Below are positions 8,599-17,827 of a stretch of 64,000 nucleotides of DNA, one piece after another. The first letter of the stretch is position 1; the number at the start of each line of letters is the position of its first letter. Origin of the DNA: an uncultured Clostridia bacterium. Lineage in GTDB: Bacteria > Bacillota > Clostridia > TANB77 > CAG-508. Made by a program: the position numbers and the translations under genes. Location of the stretch: NCBI GenBank assembly GCA_947630545.1, contig CANRHX010000003.1, positions 2,177 through 66,176 on the forward strand, given 5' to 3'. The notes beneath the pieces are model-generated. The model worked only from the letters and a program-made list of their open reading frames with translations. It searched no databases and was not told the DNA's origin.

Positions 8599-9678
8599 AT
8601 GCGAGAAAATAGTATGAGTAGTTTAAGTTTAAATGAAACACCAGTTAGAACTTCAAAAAGTTTTAATATAAACAATATAAAATTAACTAATTTAGAACTT
8701 CCTAAAGTAATACAAGAATTTAATAATACACAAATAGTAAATGCCTCATCAAAAATAATAATAGAAGAAAAAAGAACACCTATAAGCTTAAAATATGGTT
8801 TAGGAGAAGAACAAACTAAGCAAGTGCAAACTGAAGCAAACCAAAATTATAAAATAGCTATAGATAGTAAAGTTAATAAAGACACAGAAATCAATTTTAA
8901 TTTTGACAACAATAACAATACTTTAATCGATAATATAGATATTTTAGCAAATGAACAAACAAATGCTACAATAATTTTAAAATATGAATCTTCTAAAGAA
9001 TTAGAATGTTATCACAACGGTGTACTAAAGTTATATGCTAAAAAGAATAGTCGAATCAATATAATAATTGTAAACTTATTAAGTGATATATCAAACAATT
9101 TTATTGCAATAGAAAATACTATAGAGGAAAATGCAAATGTAAAATATACTATTATAGATTTTGGAGGTCAAAATACCGTTACAAATTATTATTCAAATAT
9201 AATAGGAGACTTTGCAGATAATACATTAAATACAATTTATATTGGTAAAGATAGACAAATTATAGATTTAAATTATATAGCTGAATTAAAAGGAGAAAAA
9301 TCTAATATTAATATAGAAGTTCAAGGAGCATTGAAAGATAAAGCTAAAAAGAATTTTAAAGGAACTATAGACTTTAAAAAAGGATGTAAAAAAGCAAAAG
9401 GGGAAGAAAACGAAAATTGTATGCTTTTATCAGAAACAGCAAAATCAATAGCTTTGCCAATGTTATTATGTTCAGAAGAAGATGTAGAAGGTTCTCATAG
9501 CAGTTCTGCTGGAAAAGTAGGAGATAAAGAGTTATTCTATATTATGAGTAGAGGATTTGAATTAAAGGAAGCTCAAAAACTTTTAGTTAGAGCTAATTTT
9601 AATAAAATATTAGAAAATATAAAAAACGAAGAGTTAAAGCAAAAAGTATTGGATGAAATCAATTGGAGATTGGACTAA
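8599..9678 (+). CDS. sufD: Fe-S cluster assembly protein SufD
   Basis: SufB/SufD-family C-terminus ('SHSSSAGKVGDKELFYIMSRGFELKEAQKLLVRANF') and its position after sufB. The start is uncertain (8599 or 8614). Confidence 0.85.
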   Translation: MRENSMSSLSLNETPVRTSKSFNINNIKLTNLELPKVIQEFNNTQIVNASSKIIIEEKRTPISLKYGLGEEQTKQVQTEANQNYKIAIDSKVNKDTEINFNFDNNNNTLIDNIDILANEQTNATIILKYESSKELECYHNGVLKLYAKKNSRINIIIVNLLSDISNNFIAIENTIEENANVKYTIIDFGGQNTVTNYYSNIIGDFADNTLNTIYIGKDRQIIDLNYIAELKGEKSNINIEVQGALKDKAKKNFKGTIDFKKGCKKAKGEENENCMLLSETAKSIALPMLLCSEEDVEGSHSSSAGKVGDKELFYIMSRGFELKEAQKLLVRANFNKILENIKNEELKQKVLDEINWRLD

Positions 9679-9716
9679 TAAAATACATAAATATATAAAT
9701 TAATGGAGTGATATAA

Positions 9717-10955
9717 ATGGAATTAACAAATATAAAAGCAGATTTCCCATTATTAGTAAATAGAAAAATAGCATATTTAGATAGTGGTGCTACAACTCAA
9801 AAGCCATTTCCAGTAATAAATGCAATAAATGAATTTTATAAAAATTATAATGCAAATCCTCATAGAGGTGCTTATTCTTTAAGTATGGAAGCCACTGAAA
9901 TTTATGAAAATACAAGAACTAAAATTGCAAAATTCATAAATGCTAAGCATAGGGAAGAAATTATATTTTCAAAAAATGCAACAGAAAGCTTAAACTTAAT
10001 TGCATATTCTTATGGATTAGAAAATCTAAAAAAGAATGATGAAATTGTAATTTCAATAATGGAACATCATTCAAATTTAGTTCCTTGGCAAAAAGTAGCT
10101 AAAACAACAGGTGCAAAGTTAAATTATATGTATATAAATGATGAATTTGAAATATCAGACGAGGAAATACAAAACAAAATTACAGATAAAACAAAAATAG
10201 TTGGAATCACACATGTATCTAATGTTCTAGGAACAATAAATAATATAGATAAGATAATAAAATATGCACATAAAAAAGGTGCAATTGTTATAGTAGACGC
10301 TTCACAAAGTATTCCACACATGAAAATTGATGTTCAAAAATTAGATGCTGATTTTTTAGTGTTTTCAGGTCATAAAATGTTGGCGCCACTTGGAATTGGA
10401 GTTTTATATGGAAAGAAAGAATTATTAAATAATATGACACCTTTTTTAATGGGTGGAGACATGATAGAATACGTTCATGAACAAACTACTACTTATGCAC
10501 CACTTCCAAATAAATTTGAAGCAGGAACTCAAAATGTAGAAGGGGTTATTGGATTAGGTTCTGCAATTGATTATATAGAAAACATCGGATATGATAAAAT
10601 ACATGAGATAGAAGCGGAAATAGTAGGCTATGCAATAGAAAAATTATCTAAAATAGATTATTTAACTTTATACTTGACACCTAATAGGGAGCATCATTCT
10701 TCAGTAATCTCATTTAATATAAAAGGAGTTCATCCTCATGATGTTGCAAGTATATTAGATAATTATGGGGTTTGTGTACGTTCTGGAAATCATTGTGCAC
10801 AACCACTTTTAAGGAGTATGGGAATAGATTCAACCTGTAGAGCAAGTTTTTATTTTTATAATACTAAAGAAGACGTAGATAAGCTTTTAGAGGCTTTAGA
10901 TAAAGCTTATAAAATTTTTGAAAAATATATAACAAATAGTGCGAAAAAAAGCTAG
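9717..10955 (+). CDS. sufS: Cysteine desulfurase SufS (class II aminotransferase V)
   Basis: 'YLDSGATTQKP', PLP-lysine region 'FSGHKMLAPLGIGVLYG', active-site 'RSGNHCAQP'. Confidence 0.95.
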   Translation: MELTNIKADFPLLVNRKIAYLDSGATTQKPFPVINAINEFYKNYNANPHRGAYSLSMEATEIYENTRTKIAKFINAKHREEIIFSKNATESLNLIAYSYGLENLKKNDEIVISIMEHHSNLVPWQKVAKTTGAKLNYMYINDEFEISDEEIQNKITDKTKIVGITHVSNVLGTINNIDKIIKYAHKKGAIVIVDASQSIPHMKIDVQKLDADFLVFSGHKMLAPLGIGVLYGKKELLNNMTPFLMGGDMIEYVHEQTTTYAPLPNKFEAGTQNVEGVIGLGSAIDYIENIGYDKIHEIEAEIVGYAIEKLSKIDYLTLYLTPNREHHSSVISFNIKGVHPHDVASILDNYGVCVRSGNHCAQPLLRSMGIDSTCRASFYFYNTKEDVDKLLEALDKAYKIFEKYITNSAKKS

Positions 10956-11001
10956 TAAAGATTATTGATTTTATATTAATCATATAAAAGAAAGGGAAAA
11001 A

Positions 11002-11433
11002 ATGGAAGACTTAACAGATGTATATAATGAATTAATTATGGAACATAGTATGAATTCATATAACAAAAAAAAGTTGGATTCTGCAGATTACTGCCAAATA
11101 GGACACAATCCAAACTGTGGAGATGAAATAACATTAGAATTAAAATTAAATGATAATATTATAGAGGATATGGCATTTTCAGGTCATGGTTGTGCAATAT
11201 CTCAAGCATCTACATCAATAATGATAGATACACTAAAAGGTAAAACACTAGATGAAGCAAAAGAAATAATAAAAACATTTATAGGAATGATAAAAAGAGA
11301 AATAACTGATGAAGAAGAATTAAAAAAACTAGAAGATGCAATAGCATTTAAAAATGTATCAAATATGCCTGCAAGAGTAAAGTGTGCGCTTTTAGCATGG
11401 CATACTATTGAAGATATACTTAATAAAAATTAA
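11002..11433 (+). CDS. sufU: SufU-type Fe-S/sulfur-transfer scaffold
   Basis: 'NPNCGDEITLELKL', 'GHGCAISQASTS', 'PARVKCALLAW' are IscU/SufU Cys ligand motifs. Confidence 0.9.
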   Translation: MEDLTDVYNELIMEHSMNSYNKKKLDSADYCQIGHNPNCGDEITLELKLNDNIIEDMAFSGHGCAISQASTSIMIDTLKGKTLDEAKEIIKTFIGMIKREITDEEELKKLEDAIAFKNVSNMPARVKCALLAWHTIEDILNKN

Positions 11434-11452
11434 TATAGTATAAGAGGTAATT

Positions 11453-12505
11453 ATGGAAAACAAAAAAGTATTGTTAGGAATGAGTGGAGGAGTAGATAGT
11501 TCAGTATCAGCGCTATTATTAAAAGAAAATGGATATGATGTAATAGGCACAACTTTAGAGTTATATGCAGGAAGTAGCTGTTGTAATGTAAATACATATT
11601 TAGATGCAAAAAAGGTATGTAAACAAATTGGAATACCACACTTTATATTTGATTGTAAAGAAGATTTCAAAAAATACATAATTCAAGATTTTATAGATTG
11701 CTATTCAAACTGTTTAACACCAAATCCATGTATAGAATGCAACAAATACATGAAATTTGGATTTATGTGGGAAAAAGCAAAAGAAATGGATTGTAATTTT
11801 ATTGCAACAGGTCATTATGCAAAAACGGAGTATAGCAAGGAATATAGAAGATGGATTTTGAAAAAATCAAATGCAGGATATAAAGATCAAAGTTACGTAT
11901 TATGGAATATACCAAAAGAGTTAATTGAGCATGTCATATTTCCATTATGTGATTTTGAAAGTAAAGAGCAAATACGAAAAATAGCTAGTGAAAATAAACT
12001 TGAAGTAGCTAATAAACCAGACAGTCAAGACTTATGTTTTGTACCAGATGGAAATTATAAAAAATATTTAGAAACAAATTCAAAATTAAAACCTAAAAAA
12101 GGAAATATAGTAAACTCAAAAGGAGAAAAATTAGGTGAACATACAGGCCTATATAATTATACTATAGGTCAACGTAAAGGACTTGGAATATCATATCGTG
12201 TACCATTATTTGTTTTAGGATTTAACACTTTGAAAAATGAAGTAATAGTGGGAGAAGAAGCAGAATTATACAAAAAAGAAATTACAGTAAAAGATATAAA
12301 TTTAATACTAGTTGATGAAATAAAGGATTATATGGAAGTAGATGTTAAAACAAGATATTCTACAAATTCTGCAAAAGCGAAAATAGTACAAGAAGGAGAA
12401 TATATAAAAGTAATATTTGACAAACCTCAAAGAGCAATAACTCCTGGCCAATCAGCAGTGTTTTATTTAGGAGATATTGTAGTTGGTGGAGGAAAAATAA
12501 GCTAG
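11453..12505 (+). CDS. mnmA: tRNA 2-thiouridine(34) synthase MnmA
   Basis: PP-loop 'GMSGGVDSSV', 'TPNPCIECNKYMKF', 'ATGHYA', 'DQSYVLW'. Confidence 0.95.
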   Translation: MENKKVLLGMSGGVDSSVSALLLKENGYDVIGTTLELYAGSSCCNVNTYLDAKKVCKQIGIPHFIFDCKEDFKKYIIQDFIDCYSNCLTPNPCIECNKYMKFGFMWEKAKEMDCNFIATGHYAKTEYSKEYRRWILKKSNAGYKDQSYVLWNIPKELIEHVIFPLCDFESKEQIRKIASENKLEVANKPDSQDLCFVPDGNYKKYLETNSKLKPKKGNIVNSKGEKLGEHTGLYNYTIGQRKGLGISYRVPLFVLGFNTLKNEVIVGEEAELYKKEITVKDINLILVDEIKDYMEVDVKTRYSTNSAKAKIVQEGEYIKVIFDKPQRAITPGQSAVFYLGDIVVGGGKIS

Positions 12506-12640
12506 ACCAACTAAATTGATGTTAAAATATACAAAATAAAAATAAAATTAAAAAAACCCTTGCTATATTTTATACATTTTGTATATAATAATAACTGTGA
12601 GGGGCAAACTCAAATTTTTGTAAAGGAAGGTAAAACGATT

Positions 12641-13528
12641 ATGAATGAAAAAATGTTAGAAATTATGAAAAATCAAAAAGGTTTTATTGCAGCATTAGAT
12701 CAAAGTGGAGGAAGTAGCAGTAAAACATTAGCTGCTTATGGAATAAACGAAAATGAATATTCTTCTCAAGAAGAAATGTTTGATTTAATACACGAAATGA
12801 GAAAAAGAGTATTTACAAGCGATTCTTTCACAAATGAGCATATAATTGGAGCAATATTATTTGAAAAAACAATGCTTTCAAAAATAGGAGATGAATATAC
12901 TGCAGACTACCTATGGAATAAAAAAGGAATTCTTTCTTTCTTAAAAGTAGATAAAGGTTTAGCAGAAGAAAATAATGGTGTAAAACTTATGAAAGAAATA
13001 CCAAACTTAGAAGAAGAATTACAAGAAGCAAATGAACACAATGTATTTGGTACAAAAATGCGTTCTGTAATATATAAAGCAAATAGAGAAGGAATAAAAG
13101 CAATTGTAAAACAACAATTTGAATTTGCAAAAATAATTTGCGACCATGGATTAGTTCCAATAATAGAACCAGAAGTAGATATTAATTCTACAGAAAAAGA
13201 ATTATGCGAAGATATATTAAAAGAAGAAATTATAAATGAATTAAATAATTGGGATAGTAATAGAAAAATAATGTTTAAATTTACAATTCCATCAAAAGAA
13301 AATTTATATTTAGATTTATACAATTTTGATTGTGTAGTAAGAATTGTAGCACTATCTGGTGGATATGATAGTGATACAGCAGTAGAAAAACTTGCAAAAA
13401 ATAACAAAATGATTGCAAGCTTTTCAAGAGCATTATTACAAGACTTAAATGTAAATCAATCACAAGAAGAATTTGATGAAGTATTAAAAAATGTTATTGT
13501 AAAAATATATGAAGCATCTATTACTTAA
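12641..13528 (+). CDS. Class I fructose-bisphosphate aldolase
   Basis: 'KGFIAALDQSGGSSSKTL' and 'LSFLKVDKGL' match Gram-positive class-I FBA. AAAGGAAGG RBS lies before ATG 12641, so the ORF from 12560 is over-extended. Confidence 0.85.
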   Translation: MNEKMLEIMKNQKGFIAALDQSGGSSSKTLAAYGINENEYSSQEEMFDLIHEMRKRVFTSDSFTNEHIIGAILFEKTMLSKIGDEYTADYLWNKKGILSFLKVDKGLAEENNGVKLMKEIPNLEEELQEANEHNVFGTKMRSVIYKANREGIKAIVKQQFEFAKIICDHGLVPIIEPEVDINSTEKELCEDILKEEIINELNNWDSNRKIMFKFTIPSKENLYLDLYNFDCVVRIVALSGGYDSDTAVEKLAKNNKMIASFSRALLQDLNVNQSQEEFDEVLKNVIVKIYEASIT

Positions 13529-13539
13529 TAAAGTTGAAT

Positions 13540-13570
13540 AAAAAGAGAAGATGCATTCTTCTCTTTTTTG
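13540..13570 (+). terminator. Rho-independent terminator
   Basis: GAGAAGA...TCTTCTC hairpin followed by TTTTTT. Confidence 0.8.
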
Positions 13571-13589
13571 TAAATAGGAGGAATGCAAA

Positions 13590-15152
13590 GTGGACGGTAA
13601 TGATTTTTTCGATATTATAAAATATACCTATACTAAATATGGAAAAACACATTTATATTCTGCATTATATAGTGCATTATATGCCCAAGATTATAGTTGT
13701 TTTTCTCAATATAATGTTTATGATACAGAATTTATAGAAAAAAATATGCAAACTTTAATAGAAAAAGAAGCAAAGGAAAAAAATATTAGTGATATAAATA
13801 TGGTATTTCTAATAAATCTATTAAACAATTATGCACGCATTGTAGAGAAAAAACAAGAACCATCTAATGAACTAGAAGACATATTACTATCATCAAAAGG
13901 AAGAGCAACAATTTCTTTATACAGGCTTATATCTCAAAGAGTAAATAACGAAAAGTATAATTCTATTAATCCAGAAATAGAAAGAAAATTAAGAGATTAT
14001 GAAAATAGATTAGATGGACAAGATATAATCGAAAATATTATAAAATTAATGACTGATGAATTTGAAAAGGAAATAAAATATTCTGAATTTTTTCAAGATA
14101 TAGAAGAAAATGAAAATAAAATAGAGGTAAATAGATTTTATCCTACTACAGCAAGAAATTGTGCTATTTTAAGTGGAATAAGAGATAAAAATGCTCCCGA
14201 AACTCAATCTACAATTGATAAAGGTGGACTTAATATTGTTTCTTCAATAGGAAATCAGCGAGAGGAAAATCAAGATTCAGGGATAATCATGACTCACCCC
14301 AAAAATAAAAAATTAAAAATGATTGCAGTATGTGATGGTGCAGGAGGAATGGAAGAAGGGGGAATTGCTAGTGATATACTTGTAGAATTAATAAAAAAAT
14401 GGTTTATAAAAAATGGTAAGGAATTATTTAGTTTAAATAAAAAAGAACTAAATGAAAAAGTAAAAGAAGATTTCGATCATATCAACGAAGAAGCCATAAA
14501 AAAATATATAAAACGAACTATACTAGACAAATTGAAAGATAATTCAAACAATAATATAATTAGAAAAGTGAAAAGTATATTGCCTCAAGAAAAAGTTAAG
14601 GTAAATCTAATAGACAGACCTGGTTCTACGTTAGCTATGGCAATAATATATGAGGGAAAAGTAATTGCTATTAATGTTGGGGACTCTAGGGTATATGCAA
14701 AAAAAGATGGAAAATTGTATCAAATTTCTAGGGATCAGTCAATTGTCCAAGAGTTATATGATAATGAATATAGATTTAAATATCCAGAAATGAAATTAGA
14801 TGATATGAGATTTCACAAATTAGGCAATTTATCATCTTTATTTTTCCAAAAAGAAGCTCCTGAACCTCATGTTATAAAAATTAGCGAGCCGGATTTGGTT
14901 ATGGTGTGTTCTGATGGTATGAGTGATTGTTTGTCTTTTGACGAAATAGCTTATATATCAGGAAACACACATGGTAATAAAATTGCAAATTATTTGGTTA
15001 GAGGTGCAAACATAAGAAAAGCAATAAGACCATCATATTTAGTAGATATACCTGGGATGAGTAAACGTGAAATTCAACCTGGTAAAGACAATTCAACTGT
15101 TGCGACTGCTAATTTAAAAGAAAATTCAGATAAAGGAGGTTATGATAGATAA
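13590..15152 (+). CDS. PP2C-family Ser/Thr phosphatase domain protein with about 210-aa N-terminal region of unknown function
   Basis: C-terminal half has the PP2C motifs 'REENQDS', 'CDGAGGMEEG', 'PGSTLAMAI', 'NVGDSRVY', 'VCSDGMSD' and 'GKDNSTV'. GTG start lies 8 nt after AGGAGG. Confidence 0.8.
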   Translation: MDGNDFFDIIKYTYTKYGKTHLYSALYSALYAQDYSCFSQYNVYDTEFIEKNMQTLIEKEAKEKNISDINMVFLINLLNNYARIVEKKQEPSNELEDILLSSKGRATISLYRLISQRVNNEKYNSINPEIERKLRDYENRLDGQDIIENIIKLMTDEFEKEIKYSEFFQDIEENENKIEVNRFYPTTARNCAILSGIRDKNAPETQSTIDKGGLNIVSSIGNQREENQDSGIIMTHPKNKKLKMIAVCDGAGGMEEGGIASDILVELIKKWFIKNGKELFSLNKKELNEKVKEDFDHINEEAIKKYIKRTILDKLKDNSNNNIIRKVKSILPQEKVKVNLIDRPGSTLAMAIIYEGKVIAINVGDSRVYAKKDGKLYQISRDQSIVQELYDNEYRFKYPEMKLDDMRFHKLGNLSSLFFQKEAPEPHVIKISEPDLVMVCSDGMSDCLSFDEIAYISGNTHGNKIANYLVRGANIRKAIRPSYLVDIPGMSKREIQPGKDNSTVATANLKENSDKGGYDR

Positions 15153-15427
15153 TGTATAATGAAGAAAAAGTATCTTCTCTTGTACTTGAAAATGAGCAAG
15201 GAGAAAAAAAAGTATATTATAAGTTATCTGAATTTTCAATAAAAGGGAAAAACAATAATTATATTTTATATACAGATTACTCAAAAACTGATGGAAAAAT
15301 AAACATTTATTATGGTATTTTAGAAAATCATAGAATGATACAAGTTACAGATGAAAACGATATAAAAATAATTTCAAATTACATAAAATCAATTGAAAAA
15401 GATATACAAAGTGGAATTAAATTTTAA
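15152..15427 (+). CDS. DUF1292-like small protein
   Basis: 91 aa with a pattern ('EQGEKKVYYKLSEF...YILYTDY...IYYGIL...VTDENDIKII') reminiscent of DUF1292. Its start overlaps the upstream stop (ATAATG). Confidence 0.5.
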   Translation: MYNEEKVSSLVLENEQGEKKVYYKLSEFSIKGKNNNYILYTDYSKTDGKINIYYGILENHRMIQVTDENDIKIISNYIKSIEKDIQSGIKF

Positions 15428-15507
15428 ATATAATACAAATATTACTTGATTTTATATTTATATTTTGATATAGTAACTTTAAATTTATAAAAAGGAGTGA
15501 ATGTGCA

Positions 15508-16230
15508 ATGAATATAGCAATAATAGTAGCTGGAGGGTCAGGCAAAAGAATGGGGCAAGATATCCCAAAACAATTTATAAATGTATATGACAAACCAATA
15601 TTAATTTATACATTAGAAAGTTTTGAAAAGCATCCTAATATAGATGCAATAGAATTAGTTTGTATAGACGGATGGCATGATATAGTTAGGGCTTATGCAA
15701 AACAATTTAATATAACAAAATTGAAATGGATAATTTCTGGAGGAGATACAGTACAAGAATCAATAAGAAATGGTGTATATAATTTAGAAGATAAATGTAA
15801 AAAAGATGATGTAATAATTATACATGATGGAGTTAGACCGCTAGTTGAAGAAGAAGTTTTAACAGATGTAATTGTTAAATGTCAAAAATACGGAAATGCA
15901 GTTTCTTCAATGCCATATAATGAGCAAATATTTGTTGTAAATCCAGATGATAAAGAAACAACAAAACAATACATACCAAGAGAAACATTAAGAAGAGTAT
16001 CAACACCACAAGCATATCAATTTGAAAAATTAGATAAAGCATATCATGAAGCATTTGAAAAAGAAATAGGTATATATGGCTCATCATATACAAATACTAT
16101 GATGGTAGAATTAGGAGAAAAATTATATTTTGCTGCTGGTTCAGACAAAAATATAAAACTTACAACTAAAGATAATTTAGAAATGTTTAAAGCATATTTA
16201 AATATGGATAAAGATGCTTGGTTAAAATAA
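15508..16230 (+). CDS. IspD/TarI-family cytidylyltransferase (ribitol-5-P/MEP cytidylyltransferase-like)
   Basis: 'IAIIVAGGSGKRMGQDIPKQF' nucleotide-binding motif and 'IIHDGVRPLV'. Confidence 0.8.
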   Translation: MNIAIIVAGGSGKRMGQDIPKQFINVYDKPILIYTLESFEKHPNIDAIELVCIDGWHDIVRAYAKQFNITKLKWIISGGDTVQESIRNGVYNLEDKCKKDDVIIIHDGVRPLVEEEVLTDVIVKCQKYGNAVSSMPYNEQIFVVNPDDKETTKQYIPRETLRRVSTPQAYQFEKLDKAYHEAFEKEIGIYGSSYTNTMMVELGEKLYFAAGSDKNIKLTTKDNLEMFKAYLNMDKDAWLK

Positions 16231-16239
16231 GGAGAGAGT

Positions 16240-17295
16240 ATGAAAGCTTTTAAAAACGAATTATATTTAGAAGATATTAAATATATAAGTGATTTAGATT
16301 TACCTTGGGAAAAATTAAAAAATAAATCTGTATTTATAAGTGGAGCAACAGGTTTAATTGGTAGTTGTTTAGTGGATAGCATTATGCAACACAATAAAGA
16401 TTATAATTTGGATTGTAAAGTTTATGCATTAGGGAGAAACAGAGATAAAGTAGAAGAAAGATTCGACAAACATTTCACAAGTAATTTATTTGAATTTATA
16501 CCTTTTGATATTAATGAACCATTAGAAAGAGACGATTTAGGAGATATAGAGTATATATTACATTTAGCAAGTAACACACATCCTTTAGCTTATTCTACAG
16601 ATCCAATAGGAACAGTAGCAACAAACATTATTGGTACAAATAACTTATTAAAATTTGCTGAAAAGCACAATGTAGAAAGATTTGTATTTGCATCATCTAA
16701 TGAAATATATGGAGAAAATAGAGGAGATACAGAAAAATTTACTGAAGACTATTGTGGATATATAAATTGTAATACATTAAGAGCAGGTTATACAGAAAGT
16801 AAAAGATGTGGAGAAGCTTTATGCCAAGCATATATAAAGCAAAAAAATATGGATATAGTAATTCCAAGATTAACTCGTTCTTATGGTCCAACAATGTTAA
16901 TGTCAGATACAAAGGCAATTTCACAATTTATCAAAAACGGTATAGCTAAAGAGAATATAGTTTTAAAAAGTGAGGGAACTCAATTTTACTCATATACTTA
17001 TATTGCTGATGCTGTTTCAGGTTTACTTACAGTTATGCTAAAAGGTGAATGTGGAGAAGCATATAATATAGCAGATGAAAAATCAGATATTACTTTAAGA
17101 GATTTAGCAAAAACTATTGCAGATGTAGCAGGAACTAAAGTTGTATTTGAACTTCCAGATGAACAAGAAAAAGCAGGATATAGTAAAGCAACTAAAGCAA
17201 GACTTGATAGTTCAAAATTACAAGCTTTAGGATGGAAAGCTCATTATGATATAAAAGAGGGCATAGAAAGGACAATTAAAATTTTAGAGGGTTAA
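16240..17295 (+). CDS. Extended-SDR NAD-dependent epimerase/dehydratase/reductase
   Basis: 'VFISGATGLIGSCLV' Rossmann motif and catalytic 'YTESKRCGE' (YxxxK). Confidence 0.8.
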   Translation: MKAFKNELYLEDIKYISDLDLPWEKLKNKSVFISGATGLIGSCLVDSIMQHNKDYNLDCKVYALGRNRDKVEERFDKHFTSNLFEFIPFDINEPLERDDLGDIEYILHLASNTHPLAYSTDPIGTVATNIIGTNNLLKFAEKHNVERFVFASSNEIYGENRGDTEKFTEDYCGYINCNTLRAGYTESKRCGEALCQAYIKQKNMDIVIPRLTRSYGPTMLMSDTKAISQFIKNGIAKENIVLKSEGTQFYSYTYIADAVSGLLTVMLKGECGEAYNIADEKSDITLRDLAKTIADVAGTKVVFELPDEQEKAGYSKATKARLDSSKLQALGWKAHYDIKEGIERTIKILEG

Positions 17296-17296
17296 A

Positions 17297-17770
17297 ATGA
17301 GTAAGAAAAAAATTGGTTTTACCATAGGCAAATATGCTCCATTGCATAAAGGACATCAATTAGTAATTGATACAGCTATAAAAGAAATGGATGAAGTATA
17401 TTGCGTTATTTATGACACAGATGTTATAGATTTAAATATAGAAAAAAGAGCAGATTGGTTAAAAAAATTGTACCCAAAGGTTCATATTATTTATGCTTAT
17501 AATAGTCCTAAACAATATGGTTTAGATTCGGAAAGTGTAAAAATTCAAATGGAATATTTATCAAGTTTAGTAAAAGATATTCCTGTAACTCATTTCTATA
17601 GTAGTGAACTATATGGAGAGAAAGTTGCAGAATATATGAATATTGAAAATAGACTTGTTGATTTAAAAAGAAAAAAAGTTCCAATCCATGCAACGGAGAT
17701 TAGGGCAGATTTTCAAAAAAATCAAAAGTTTTTAGATGAAATAGTATATAAAGATTTAAAAAAATTATAG
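17297..17770 (+). CDS. Cytidylyl/adenylyltransferase-family nucleotidyltransferase (NadR NMNAT-domain-like)
   Basis: 'GFTIGKYAPLHKGHQLVID' (HxGH motif) and 'SSELYGEKVAEYM...PIHATEIR'. Confidence 0.6.
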   Translation: MSKKKIGFTIGKYAPLHKGHQLVIDTAIKEMDEVYCVIYDTDVIDLNIEKRADWLKKLYPKVHIIYAYNSPKQYGLDSESVKIQMEYLSSLVKDIPVTHFYSSELYGEKVAEYMNIENRLVDLKRKKVPIHATEIRADFQKNQKFLDEIVYKDLKKL

Positions 17771-17827
17771 AAATAAAACAGTTATAATAAAATGAACTAG
17801 TGTCACTTAATTATAACTGTTTTATTT
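17771..17827. terminator. Long bidirectional hairpin terminator
   Basis: AAATAAAACAGTTATAA (17771-17787) pairs with TTATAACTGTTTTATTT (17811-17827). Confidence 0.7.
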
